A stretch of 64,000 nucleotides of DNA, from sequence record PQ657784; one strand, given 5' to 3'. The DNA comes from Escherichia phage EPIMRB01. The first letter of the stretch is position 1. Every line of letters begins with the position of its first letter. This document shows positions 55,606-64,000 of the stretch, one piece after another. The notes under the pieces are model-generated. The model was not told the origin of the DNA. It saw nothing but the letters and a program-made list of their open reading frames with translations, and did not search any database. The translations under genes and the position numbers were made by a program.

Positions 55606-56721
55606 ATGGAAAAATTTATGGCAGAGTTTGGACAAGGATACGTCCAAACGCCATTTTTATCGGAAAGTAATTCAGTAAGATACAAAATAAGTATAGCGGG
55701 TTCTTGCCCGCTTTCTACCGCAGGACCATATGTTAAATTTCAGGATAATCCTGTAGGAAGTCAAACATTTAGCGCAGGTCTTCATTTAAGAGTTTTTGAT
55801 CCTTCTACAGGATCATTAGTTGATAGTAAGTCATATGCTTTTTCTACTTCAAATGATACTACATCAGCTGCTTTTGTTAGTTTCATGAATTCTTTGACGA
55901 ATAATAGAATTGTTGCTATATTAACTAGTGGAAAGGTTAATTTTCCTCCTGAAGTAGTATCTTGGTTAAGAACCGCCGGAACGTCTGCTTTTCCATCTGA
56001 CTCTATATTGTCAAGATTCGACGTATCATATGCTGCTTTTTATACTTCTTCTAAAAGAGCTATTGCATTAGAGCATGTTAAATTAAGTAATAGAAAAAGC
56101 ACAGATGATTATCAAACTATTTTAGATGTTGTATTTGACAGTTTAGAAGACGTCGGAGCTACCGGGTTTCCAAGAAGAACATATGAAAGCGTTGAGCAAT
56201 TTATGTCAGCGGTTGGTGGAACCAATAACGAAATTGCGCGTCTACCAACTTCAGCTGCTATAAGTAAACTTTCTGACTACAATTTAATTCCTGGCGATGT
56301 TCTTTATCTTAAAGCACAACTATATGCTGATGACGATTTACTTTCTCTTGGAACTACTAATATATCCATTAGATTTTATAATGAATCGGATGGATATATT
56401 TCTTCAACATACGCTGAGTTTACCGGTCAAGCTGGGTCATGGGAATTAAAGGAAGACTATGTAGTTGTTCCTGAAAATGCGGTAGGATTTACGATATATG
56501 CACAAAGAACTGCCCAAGCAGGTCAAGGCGGCATGAGAAATTTAAGCTTTTCTGAAGTATCAAGAAATGGCGGCATTTCAAAACCTGCTGAATTTGGCGT
56601 CAACGGTATTCGCGTTAATTATGTCTGTGAATCCGCTTCACCTCCAGATATAATGGTACTTCCTACACAAGCATCGTCTAAAACTGGTAAAGTGTTTGGA
56701 CAAGAATTTAGAGAAGTATAA
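55606..56721 (+). CDS. 35: Long tail fibre hinge protein gp35
   Basis: 371 aa, position between 34 and 36. Confidence 0.85.
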   Translation: MEKFMAEFGQGYVQTPFLSESNSVRYKISIAGSCPLSTAGPYVKFQDNPVGSQTFSAGLHLRVFDPSTGSLVDSKSYAFSTSNDTTSAAFVSFMNSLTNNRIVAILTSGKVNFPPEVVSWLRTAGTSAFPSDSILSRFDVSYAAFYTSSKRAIALEHVKLSNRKSTDDYQTILDVVFDSLEDVGATGFPRRTYESVEQFMSAVGGTNNEIARLPTSAAISKLSDYNLIPGDVLYLKAQLYADDDLLSLGTTNISIRFYNESDGYISSTYAEFTGQAGSWELKEDYVVVPENAVGFTIYAQRTAQAGQGGMRNLSFSEVSRNGGISKPAEFGVNGIRVNYVCESASPPDIMVLPTQASSKTGKVFGQEFREV

Positions 56722-56726
56722 ATTGA

Positions 56727-56750
56727 GGGAGCCTTCGGGTTCCCTTTTTC
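56727..56750 (+). terminator. Rho-independent terminator after gene 35
   Basis: gggagcc ttcg ggttccc followed by ttttt. Confidence 0.6.
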
Positions 56751-56752
56751 TT

Positions 56753-56760
56753 TATAAATA
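56753..56760 (+). promoter_or_regulatory. Late promoter motif upstream of gene 36
   Basis: Exact TATAAATA 24 bp upstream of ATG, after the gp35 terminator hairpin. Confidence 0.6.
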
Positions 56761-56783
56761 CTATTAAAATAAAGGGGCATACA

Positions 56784-57567
56784 ATGGCTGATTTAAAAGT
56801 AGGTTCAACAACCGGAGGCTCTGTCATTTGGCATCAAGGAAATTTTCCATTGAATCCAGCCGGTGACGATGTACTCTATAAATCATTTAAAATATATTCA
56901 GAATATAATAAACCGCAAGCTGCTGATAACGATTTCGTTTCTAAAGCTAATGGTGGTACTTATTTAAATAAAGTAATTTTTAATAAAGGAATGACTGTTC
57001 CTGGCGCAGGGTCAGGTGATAATGGTATTTTTGCTGGTCCTGGTGATAGTGCCACGTATGATACTACAAATATGGATATTGTTTCGTGGTATGGTATTGG
57101 TTTTAAATCATCACAAGGAACAGCAGGTAGAACTGTAGTAATTAACACGCGAAATGGAGATATTAGCTCAAAGGGCGTAATTGAAGCATCACAAATCCGT
57201 GTAACTTCGTTATCACCAGTAAATAATTATGACCTTACGCGGAAAGATTATGTTGATGGAGCAATAAATATTGTTACCGCAAACGCAAACTCTAGCAAAG
57301 GGCGTAATTGAAGCATCACAAATCCGTGTAACTTCGTTATCACCAGTAAATAATTATGACCTTACGCGGAAAGATTATGTTGATGGAGCAATAAATATTG
57401 TTACCGCAAACGCAAACTCTAGGGTATTACGCTCTGGAGACACTATGACAGGAAATTTAACTGCGCCAAACCTTTTTTCACAGAATCCTGCATCTCAACC
57501 TTCACATGTTCCACGATTTGATCAAATTGTTATTAAGGATTCTGTTCAAGATTTCGGCTATTATTAA
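56784..57567 (+). pseudogene. 36: Long tail fibre distal small subunit gene 36, split into two ORFs (56784-57311 and 57271-57567) by a frameshifting 127-bp tandem duplication
   Basis: Deleting one 127-bp copy restores a single ORF of about 218 aa (T4 gp36 is about 221 aa); the 41-aa segment KGVIEASQ...TANANS is encoded twice. Confidence 0.75.
57169..57422 (+). repeat. Perfect direct tandem duplication, 2 x 127 bp (57169-57295 and 57296-57422)
   Basis: Copies read identically by eye; flanking bases differ on both sides, so unit boundaries are exact; 127 is not a multiple of 3. Confidence 0.9.
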
Positions 57568-57575
57568 GAGGACTT

Positions 57576-60500
57576 ATGGCTACTTTAAAACAAATACAAT
57601 TTAAAAGAAGCAAAACTGCAGGAGCACGTCCTGCCGCTTCAGTATTAGCCGAAGGTGAATTGGCTATAAACTTAAAAGACCGTGTACTTTTTACTAAAGA
57701 TGACCAAGGAAATATTATTGATCTGGGTTTTGCTAAAGGCGGTAGTATTGACGGGAATGTTATTCATACAGGCAATTATAACCAAACTGGCGATTATACT
57801 TTAAATGGCACCTTCACTCAGACTGGTAATTTTAATTTAACTGGTATTGCTCGAGTAACTCGCGATATTATTGCCGCTGGGCAGATTATGACTGAAGGCG
57901 GAGAACTTATTACAAAAAGTTCAGGTACAGTGCATGTTCGTTTTTTCGATAACAATAGTCGCGAACGCGGAATCATTTATGCCCCGGCTAATGATGGTTT
58001 AACTACACAAGTACTTAATATCAGGGTTCAAGACTACGCCGCTGGTAGCGAAAGCACTTATGCATTTTCAGGCAGTGGACTATTTACTTCACCTGAAGTA
58101 TCAGCATGGAAATCTATTTCGTCTCCACAAATTCTAACCAACAAAGTCATTACTAATAATAAATCTACTGGTGATTATGACATCTATTCGATGGCAGACA
58201 ATGTTCCATTGTCTGAAAGCACTACTGCTATTAATCATCTTCGTGTCATGCGTAATGCCGTTGGTTCTGGTATTTTCCATGAAGTTAAAGATAATGATGG
58301 AATAACTTGGTATGCAGGTGATGGACTTGACACCTATCTTTGGTCATTTACTTGGAGCGGCGGAATTAAATCGAGTCACTCAATTTCTATTGGTTTAACA
58401 CCTGGTAATAAAGATTATTCAATATTAGGACCATCTAGTATTGCTTTAGGAGATAATGATACTGGATTTAAATGGCATCAAGATGGATATTATTTTAGCG
58501 TTAATAATGGAACAAAAACGTTTTTATTTAGTCCTAGCGAAACAACTAGCCTAAGAAAATTTGTAGCTGGATATTCTACTAACGGAACCGATTTAACTAC
58601 TCCTCCAACTGAAAACTATGCTCTCGCTACTGTCGTGACATATCACGATAATAACGCGTTTGGAGATGGTCAGACTCTTTTAGGATATTATCAAGGCGGT
58701 AATTATCATCACTATTTCCGCGGTAAAGGTACTACAAACATTAATACTCATGGCGGTTTGTTAGTTACTCCAGGTAATATTGATGTTATTGGCGGTTCTG
58801 TTAATATAGATGGTAGAAATAATTCTTCTACACTAATGTTTAGAGGCAACACAACAGGATACAGCTCGGTTGATAATATGGATATTAAAGTTTGGGGTAA
58901 TACGTTTGTTGATCCAAGCGGAGGTATCCGTAAAAACATTATGGAAATTTCTGATGCAACTAGCTGGATGAGCTATATTCAAAGACTTACTACTGGCGAA
59001 GTAGAAATGAACGTTAATGGTTCATTTGAATCATCTGGTGTTACTGCTGGAGATAGAGGAGTTCACACAACAGGTGAAATTTCATCTGGGGCTGTGAATG
59101 CGCTTCGTATTTGGAACGCAGATTATGGAGCTATTTTTAGACGTTCAGAAGGCAGTCTTCATATTATTCCAACTGCTTACGGTGAAGGTAAACATGGTGA
59201 TATCGGTCCACTTCGCCCGTTTAGTATGGCTTTAGATACCGGTAAAGTTACTATTCCAGATTTACAATCAAGTTACAATACGTTTGCTGCTAACGGTTAT
59301 ATTAAATTTGTTGGTCATGGAGCGGGTGCCGGCGGTTATGACATTCAATATGCTCAAGCGGCTCCTATTTTCCAGGAAATTGATGATGATGCTGTAAGCA
59401 AATATTATCCTATTGTTAAACAGAAGTTTTTAAATGGTAAAGCTGTTTGGTCTTTAGGTACTGAAATTAGTTCAGGTACATTCGTTATTCATCATCTGAA
59501 AGAAGATGGTTCACAAGGCCATACGTCTCGTTTTAATCAAGACGGTACTGTTAACTTCCCAGATAACGTTTCTGTCGGCGGCGGTGAAGCTACTATTGCT
59601 CGCAATGGTAATATCTGGTCTGATATCTGGAAAACGTTTACTTCAGCAGGCGACGTAACTAATATTCGCGATGCAATAGCTACTCGTGTTGCTAAAGAAG
59701 GTGATACGATGACCGGTAGGTTGACTTTATCTGCTGGAAATGATGCCCTTGTTTTAACTGCAGGCACGGGCGCTTCATCGCACATCCGTAGTGATGTAGG
59801 TGGTACAAATAATTGGTTTATAGGCAAAGGCGGCGGCGACAATGGTCTAAGTTTTTACAGTTACATTACACAAGGCGGTGTGAACATAACAAATAACGGC
59901 GAAATAGCGCTTTCTCCTCAAGGACAAGGAGCGTTTAATTTTAATAGAGACCGCCTTCATATAAACGGTACACAATGGACCGCACACCAGGCTGGCGATT
60001 GGGGAAATCAATGGCGCCAGGAAGCTCCTGTATTTGTGGATTTTGGTAATGTCGGTAATGATAGTTATTATCCTATTATTAAAGGAAAATCTGGTATTAC
60101 TAATGAAGGGTATATATCTGGTGTAGATTTTGGTATGCGACGCATTCCTAATAACTGGGCACAAGGTATTATTCGTGTAGGTAATCAGGAAAACGGTTCC
60201 GACCCACAAGCTATCTTCGAATTCCACCATAATGGAAACATGTACGTTCCTGACATGGTTAAAGCTGGAGTAAGAATATCAGCTGGTGGAGGTGACCCTG
60301 CATGGACAGACGCATGTGTTGTTATTGGTGATAATGACACCGGATTAGTTCATGGTGGTGACGGCCGAATCAATATGGTTGCCAATGGTATACATATTGC
60401 TTCATGGTCGTCCGCTTACCATCTCCATGAAGGTCTTTGGGATACTACTGGTGCTTTGTGGACTGAGCAAGGAAGAGCTATTATTTCTTTTGGTCATTTA

Positions 60501-60887
60501 ATCCAACAGAGTGATGCCTATTCTACGTTTGTCCGTGATGTTTATGTCCGCTCTGATATTCGTGTTAAAAAAGACCTCGTTAAATTTGAAAATGCTTCTG
60601 AAAAGCTTTCTAAAATTAACGGTTACACTTATATGCAGAAACGTGGAACTGACGAAGAAGGTAATCAGAAATGGGAACCTAACGCCGGTTTAATTGCTCA
60701 AGAAGTTCAAGCTATTTTACCAGAATTAGTTGAAGGCGACCCGGATGGTGAAGCTTTACTTCGTTTGAACTATAACGGTGTAATTGGTTTAAATACAGCT
60801 GCAATCAATGAGCATACTGCAGAAATTGCGGAACTTAAATCAGAAATTGAAGAACTTAAAGCATTAGTTAAATCATTGTTAAAATAA
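57576..60887 (+). CDS. 37: Long tail fibre distal subunit gp37 with C-terminal intramolecular chaperone / autoproteolysis domain
   Basis: 1103 aa; C-terminal about 110 aa (from RSDIRVKK, around nt 60552) resemble endosialidase-type self-cleaving chaperone domains, consistent with T2-type processed gp37. Confidence 0.9.
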   Translation: MATLKQIQFKRSKTAGARPAASVLAEGELAINLKDRVLFTKDDQGNIIDLGFAKGGSIDGNVIHTGNYNQTGDYTLNGTFTQTGNFNLTGIARVTRDIIAAGQIMTEGGELITKSSGTVHVRFFDNNSRERGIIYAPANDGLTTQVLNIRVQDYAAGSESTYAFSGSGLFTSPEVSAWKSISSPQILTNKVITNNKSTGDYDIYSMADNVPLSESTTAINHLRVMRNAVGSGIFHEVKDNDGITWYAGDGLDTYLWSFTWSGGIKSSHSISIGLTPGNKDYSILGPSSIALGDNDTGFKWHQDGYYFSVNNGTKTFLFSPSETTSLRKFVAGYSTNGTDLTTPPTENYALATVVTYHDNNAFGDGQTLLGYYQGGNYHHYFRGKGTTNINTHGGLLVTPGNIDVIGGSVNIDGRNNSSTLMFRGNTTGYSSVDNMDIKVWGNTFVDPSGGIRKNIMEISDATSWMSYIQRLTTGEVEMNVNGSFESSGVTAGDRGVHTTGEISSGAVNALRIWNADYGAIFRRSEGSLHIIPTAYGEGKHGDIGPLRPFSMALDTGKVTIPDLQSSYNTFAANGYIKFVGHGAGAGGYDIQYAQAAPIFQEIDDDAVSKYYPIVKQKFLNGKAVWSLGTEISSGTFVIHHLKEDGSQGHTSRFNQDGTVNFPDNVSVGGGEATIARNGNIWSDIWKTFTSAGDVTNIRDAIATRVAKEGDTMTGRLTLSAGNDALVLTAGTGASSHIRSDVGGTNNWFIGKGGGDNGLSFYSYITQGGVNITNNGEIALSPQGQGAFNFNRDRLHINGTQWTAHQAGDWGNQWRQEAPVFVDFGNVGNDSYYPIIKGKSGITNEGYISGVDFGMRRIPNNWAQGIIRVGNQENGSDPQAIFEFHHNGNMYVPDMVKAGVRISAGGGDPAWTDACVVIGDNDTGLVHGGDGRINMVANGIHIASWSSAYHLHEGLWDTTGALWTEQGRAIISFGHLIQQSDAYSTFVRDVYVRSDIRVKKDLVKFENASEKLSKINGYTYMQKRGTDEEGNQKWEPNAGLIAQEVQAILPELVEGDPDGEALLRLNYNGVIGLNTAAINEHTAEIAELKSEIEELKALVKSLLK

Positions 60888-60892
60888 TAAGA

Positions 60893-60906
60893 GGGGCTTC
60901 GGCCCC
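60893..60906 (+). terminator. Hairpin between gene 37 and gene 38
   Basis: ggggc ttcg gcccc immediately before the gene 38 SD; may attenuate or stabilise rather than fully terminate. Confidence 0.45.
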
Positions 60907-60918
60907 TTGGAGGTTTAT

Positions 60919-61695
60919 ATGGCAGTAACAGGACCGTGGGTAGGATCGTCTGCAGTAGTTAATACAGGACAAAATTGGATGGGTGGTGCCGCGCAGAGAT
61001 TGAGAATGGGAATTCCGTTTTGGATGAGTAATATGATAGGTCGATCTGTTGAAATAATTCACACGCTTGGAGCAGACCATAACTTCAATGGTCAATGGTT
61101 CCGAGATAGATGTTTTGAGGCAGGTAGTGCACCTATAGTGTTTAATATCACTGGAGATTTAGTATCATATTCTAAAGATGTTCCTTTATTCTTCATGTAT
61201 GGAGATACACCCAATGAATATGTTCAGTTGAATATACACGGCGTAACGATGTATGGTCGTGGCGGTAATGGCGGTAGCAATAGTCCTGGCTCAGCTGGAG
61301 GTCATTGTATTCAAAACGATATTGGTGGGAGACTAAGAATTAATAATGGTGGAGCTATTGCAGGCGGCGGTGGCGGCGGTGGCGGCGGATATTATTCTCC
61401 TTTTTCACAAATGAGATTGACCTTTGGCGGCGGCGGTGGGCGTCCGTTTGGTGCACCTGGCGGATCTATTGATATGCAATCAGGAGCGACTGGCGGTACT
61501 ATTTCTGCACCTGGCTCAGGATCCGTGAATGGTATCTATAATGGTGGAAACGGTGGTGAAGTAGGTTCCGCGGGAGGTAGATGCAATATTCGCGGTCAAG
61601 GATCTGAATATAATGGCGGCGATGCTGGTTATGCCGTCATAGGGTCCGCTCCAACGTGGATAAATGTTGGAGCAATATATGGTCCAAGAGTATAA
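60919..61695 (+). CDS. 38: Tail fibre adhesin gp38, T2 type, with glycine-rich motifs
   Basis: 259 aa from ATG 60919 (track starts at TTG 60907); GGAGG SD; multiple Gly-rich tracts separating variable segments. Confidence 0.8.
   Translation: MAVTGPWVGSSAVVNTGQNWMGGAAQRLRMGIPFWMSNMIGRSVEIIHTLGADHNFNGQWFRDRCFEAGSAPIVFNITGDLVSYSKDVPLFFMYGDTPNEYVQLNIHGVTMYGRGGNGGSNSPGSAGGHCIQNDIGGRLRINNGGAIAGGGGGGGGGYYSPFSQMRLTFGGGGGRPFGAPGGSIDMQSGATGGTISAPGSGSVNGIYNGGNGGEVGSAGGRCNIRGQGSEYNGGDAGYAVIGSAPTWINVGAIYGPRV
61363..61389 (+). repeat. GGC/GGT trinucleotide run encoding poly-Gly in gp38
   Basis: ggcggcggtggcggcggtggcggcgga seen directly; encodes GGGGGGGGG. Confidence 0.8.
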
Positions 61696-61725
61696 TTTGA
61701 ATAAATATCCTTAAAAGGAGGGTCT

Positions 61726-62382
61726 ATGGCAGCACCTAGAATATCATTTTCGCCCTCTGATATTCTGTTGGGTGTTCTAGATCGCTTGTTCAAAGATAAC
61801 GCTACCGGGAAGGTTCTTGCTTCCCGAGTAGCTGTCGTAATTCTTTTATTTATGATGGCGATTGTTTGGTATAGGGGAGATAGTTTCTTTGAGTACTATA
61901 AGCAATCAAAGTATGAAACATACAGTGAAATTATTGAAAAGGAAAGAAATGCACGCTTTGAATCTGTCGCCCTGGAACAACTCCAGATAGTTCATATATC
62001 ATCTGAGGCAGACTTTAGTGCGGTGTATTCTTTCCGCCCTAAAAACTTAAACTATTTTGTTGATATTATAGCATATGAAGGAAAATTACCTTCAACAATA
62101 AGCGAAAAATCACTTGGAGGATATCCTGTTGATAAAACTATGGATGAATATGCAGTTCATTTAAATGGACGTCATTATTATTCCAACTCAAAATTTGCTT
62201 TTTTACCAACTAAAAAGCCTACTCCCGAAATAAATTACATGTACAGTTGTCCATATTTCAATTTGGATAATATCTATGCTGGAACAATAACTATGTACTG
62301 GTATAGAAATGATCACATAAGTAATGACCGCCTTGAATCAATATGTGCTCAGGCGGCCAGAATATTAGGAAGGGCTAAATAA
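61726..62382 (+). CDS. t: Holin T
   Basis: 218 aa; single TM segment VAVVILLFMMAIVWY; recognisable T4 holin sequence. Confidence 0.9.
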   Translation: MAAPRISFSPSDILLGVLDRLFKDNATGKVLASRVAVVILLFMMAIVWYRGDSFFEYYKQSKYETYSEIIEKERNARFESVALEQLQIVHISSEADFSAVYSFRPKNLNYFVDIIAYEGKLPSTISEKSLGGYPVDKTMDEYAVHLNGRHYYSNSKFAFLPTKKPTPEINYMYSCPYFNLDNIYAGTITMYWYRNDHISNDRLESICAQAARILGRAK

Positions 62383-62655
62383 TTATTTGTTTGTATACAT
62401 CTCTAGATATCGATATACACCCTCAAAACCCTCGTTGAATTCGTCGATGAGGGTTTTCTTATCTTCTTGGGTTAATTCAGAAACAATTTTACGGAATGAA
62501 TTCTGATTTAACTTTCTACCTTCATGCGTTACTCCAATCTCATTCAGAAATGCAATAAAATTAGCACGATTCTCAACAATATCTTCTCTGGAAAATTTAA
62601 TCAAAATAGACGCAACAGTAATAATTTCACGAACTGTATCAATGTTTTTATTCAT
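62383..62655 (-). CDS. asiA: Anti-sigma70 factor AsiA
   Basis: 90 aa, recognisable T4 AsiA sequence; early promoter upstream. Confidence 0.9.
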   Translation of the reverse strand: MNKNIDTVREIITVASILIKFSREDIVENRANFIAFLNEIGVTHEGRKLNQNSFRKIVSELTQEDKKTLIDEFNEGFEGVYRYLEMYTNK

Positions 62656-62685
62656 TAACTATACCACTCAATTAGTTGACTTTAT

Positions 62686-62820
62686 TATAATATCATCAGA
62701 CACTTGATTTGTAAACTGGTCTGTGTTATTTTCTTCAAAAATTTTTTCTACGAATTCCTTGAACGACTCACGTTCCTGAGCTACATTATGCTCGATTACC
62801 TTTTCAAGATTATGACTCAT
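62686..62820 (-). CDS. Possible small ORF (44 aa) between arn and asiA, not in track
   Basis: Hand-translated MSHNLEKVIEHNVAQERESFKEF...; ATG overlaps arn stop (ATGA); 3' part overlaps the asiA promoter, so expression is uncertain. Confidence 0.3.
62689..62716 (-). promoter_or_regulatory. Early promoter upstream of asiA
   Basis: Minus-strand GTTTAC, 18-nt spacer, TATTAT about 35 bp before asiA ATG. Confidence 0.55.
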
Positions 62821-63095
62821 TCGAAATAATCTTCAATTTCGTAATCATGGACGTAAATCATTATAGTTTTTAATACATCATCGATACTTTTTCCCGGAGC
62901 TGGAATTACGTAAAAATATCCTGCTTTTGAGAGGTCTTTATAAGTTCCAACCAAGAAATCATTATTCTCAAGATGCAGTTCTTCAACTAATTCATTAACA
63001 ATTGAACGGTATAAATTTGGTAAAAACTTATATAGCTTTTCTAGAATATCAATTTTGATTGTATATTGAACCACGGACTGAGAATCAATAATCAT
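62817..63095 (-). CDS. arn: Arn anti-restriction nuclease inhibitor
   Basis: 92 aa, acidic, T4 Arn-like sequence and position next to asiA. Confidence 0.8.
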   Translation of the reverse strand: MIIDSQSVVQYTIKIDILEKLYKFLPNLYRSIVNELVEELHLENNDFLVGTYKDLSKAGYFYVIPAPGKSIDDVLKTIMIYVHDYEIEDYFE

Positions 63096-63204
63096 AGACC
63101 TTCCCCTTATGTTTCTGTTTGCGATTAGATTCTTTAAACGCTTTCTTCTTATCCTTATGAACAGAAGCTTTATTAAAATTATGTTTTGCGACTAAATTGT
63201 TCAT
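63085..63204 (-). CDS. Possible small Lys-rich ORF (39 aa), not in track
   Basis: Hand-translated MNNLVAKHNFNKASVHKDKKKAFKESNRKQKHKGKVYDY; overlaps arn start by 11 nt and the 72-aa ORF 3' end. Confidence 0.3.
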   Translation of the reverse strand: MNNLVAKHNFNKASVHKDKKKAFKESNRKQKHKGKVYDY

Positions 63205-63397
63205 AGTGCTGAATTACCTCTCTTAAACATTTGCATGTGAATGAAAACTTTTTAGCTACACCACATTCAAATATATGTTCTCTTAAATCGCGTGTATCGG
63301 TATATCCCATCTCAACAATAAAATGCCGTATTAGATTTTTATCTTTATCATTGAGAGAGTTAAAATAATCGGATTTTGAATTAATTTCCCTGGCCAA
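63179..63397 (-). CDS. Hypothetical protein
   Basis: 72-aa ORF with Cys-containing motif (FECG...FTCKC). Confidence 0.4.
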   Translation of the reverse strand: MAREINSKSDYFNSLNDKDKNLIRHFIVEMGYTDTRDLREHIFECGVAKKFSFTCKCLREVIQHYEQFSRKT

Positions 63398-63677
63398 ATT
63401 GAATCACCTTCAGTTGACGTTTTAATTCTTTTATAATTTCTTCGTTCATCGCAATATAAAGATCGCGTAAAGCAGGTTTTAGCATTCCATTTACCGGAGA
63501 ACTAAATGGGCATACATAATCTTTTCCTACAAGCTTTTTGGTAAATTCCATATCACAAAATTTAAATGCTGGCTCATTCGCATAAATTCCCCAATTAGTT
63601 GACATCATTTTATTGGCATATTCCAGTGCCTGAATTTGATTCATAATTCCATCGATTTGAAACTTTTTAATATTCAT
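63381..63677 (-). CDS. Hypothetical protein
   Basis: 98-aa ORF. Confidence 0.4.
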   Translation of the reverse strand: MNIKKFQIDGIMNQIQALEYANKMMSTNWGIYANEPAFKFCDMEFTKKLVGKDYVCPFSSPVNGMLKPALRDLYIAMNEEIIKELKRQLKVIQFGQGN

Positions 63678-63871
63678 TAGTAAAGGTCCTCAGAGTAAAG
63701 TTCTTTTTCACTACCACCACGTTCAATACGTACTTGTCCAGCGTAAGTTGCAATAATCATTGCTTCTTCACGTGTCCAATAATTACTGTATTGGTCAATA
63801 AACCCTTGGTCATCATCACAAACTTGTTGAGTAACTAATTGAGGTTTAACTACATCTAAAACTTCGGCCAT
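63677..63871 (-). CDS. Hypothetical protein
   Basis: 64-aa ORF; a further minus-strand ORF appears to run off the window end. Confidence 0.4.
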   Translation of the reverse strand: MAEVLDVVKPQLVTQQVCDDDQGFIDQYSNYWTREEAMIIATYAGQVRIERGGSEKELYSEDLY

Positions 63872-64000
63872 ATCTTTAGAATAATGACGAGCACCTGGAA
63901 TAATAAGAGTTCGTCCATCTTTTAATTTAAAACGGTTGGCCGCGCAGACAATTCGTCGTTGATACTTTTGGTTTTCATCCCAATATGCAGTCTGCCAACA

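Noticed and set aside
57271-57567. Track ORF of 98 aa that looks like a separate gene downstream of gene 36
   Set aside because: It is the out-of-frame C-terminal part of gene 36 created by the 127-bp duplication; it starts at a TTG inside copy 1 and re-encodes a peptide already present in the upstream ORF.
61363-61389. GGC-rich repeat considered as a possible CRISPR-like or regulatory repeat
   Set aside because: It is in frame inside gp38 and simply encodes the poly-glycine linker; no spacer-repeat architecture anywhere in the window.

Overview
This window is a contiguous segment of a T4-like (T-even, Tequatrovirus-type) myovirus genome, with gene order collinear with phage T4. Identification rests on recognisable protein sequences in the supplied ORF track, on motifs I can read directly, and on T4 gene order recalled from memory; no database search was run. 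Plus-strand late genes: tail sheath 18 (3' part), tail tube 19, portal 20, prohead core 67/68, prohead protease 21, scaffold 22, major capsid 23, vertex 24; further on baseplate 51-27-28-29-48-54 and long tail fibre 34-35-36-37-38 followed by holin t. Minus-strand blocks: rnlB-24.x-hoc-inh; uvsY-25-26; and a long early region with two tandem Alt-family ADP-ribosyltransferases, DNA ligase 30 and the 30.x small ORFs, rIII, 31, cd, pseT, spanin pair, alc, rnlA, denA, nrdB, nrdA, td, frd, 32, 59, 33, dsbA, rnh, then asiA and arn. A GIY-YIG seg-type homing endonuclease and uvsW lie between inh and uvsY. No rRNA, convincing tRNA, CRISPR array, integrase or transposase was found. I do not see a clearly novel multi-gene system; most of the window is canonical T-even core. 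Observations worth a second look are: (1) a perfect 127-bp tandem duplication that frameshifts tail-fibre gene 36; (2) two adjacent full-length Alt paralogs; (3) Hoc carrying an extra Ig-like domain from a diverged 288-bp tandem repeat; (4) a small ORF wedged between frd and td with coupled stop/start overlaps; (5) a 355-bp non-coding spacer between a 30.9-like ORF and rIII; (6) early promoters with embedded inverted repeats, including a near-identical 53-bp cassette present twice; (7) intron-less td and nrdB; (8) a T2-type adhesin module. The ORF track sometimes uses TTG starts; where I recognised the canonical ATG I adjusted the coordinates.
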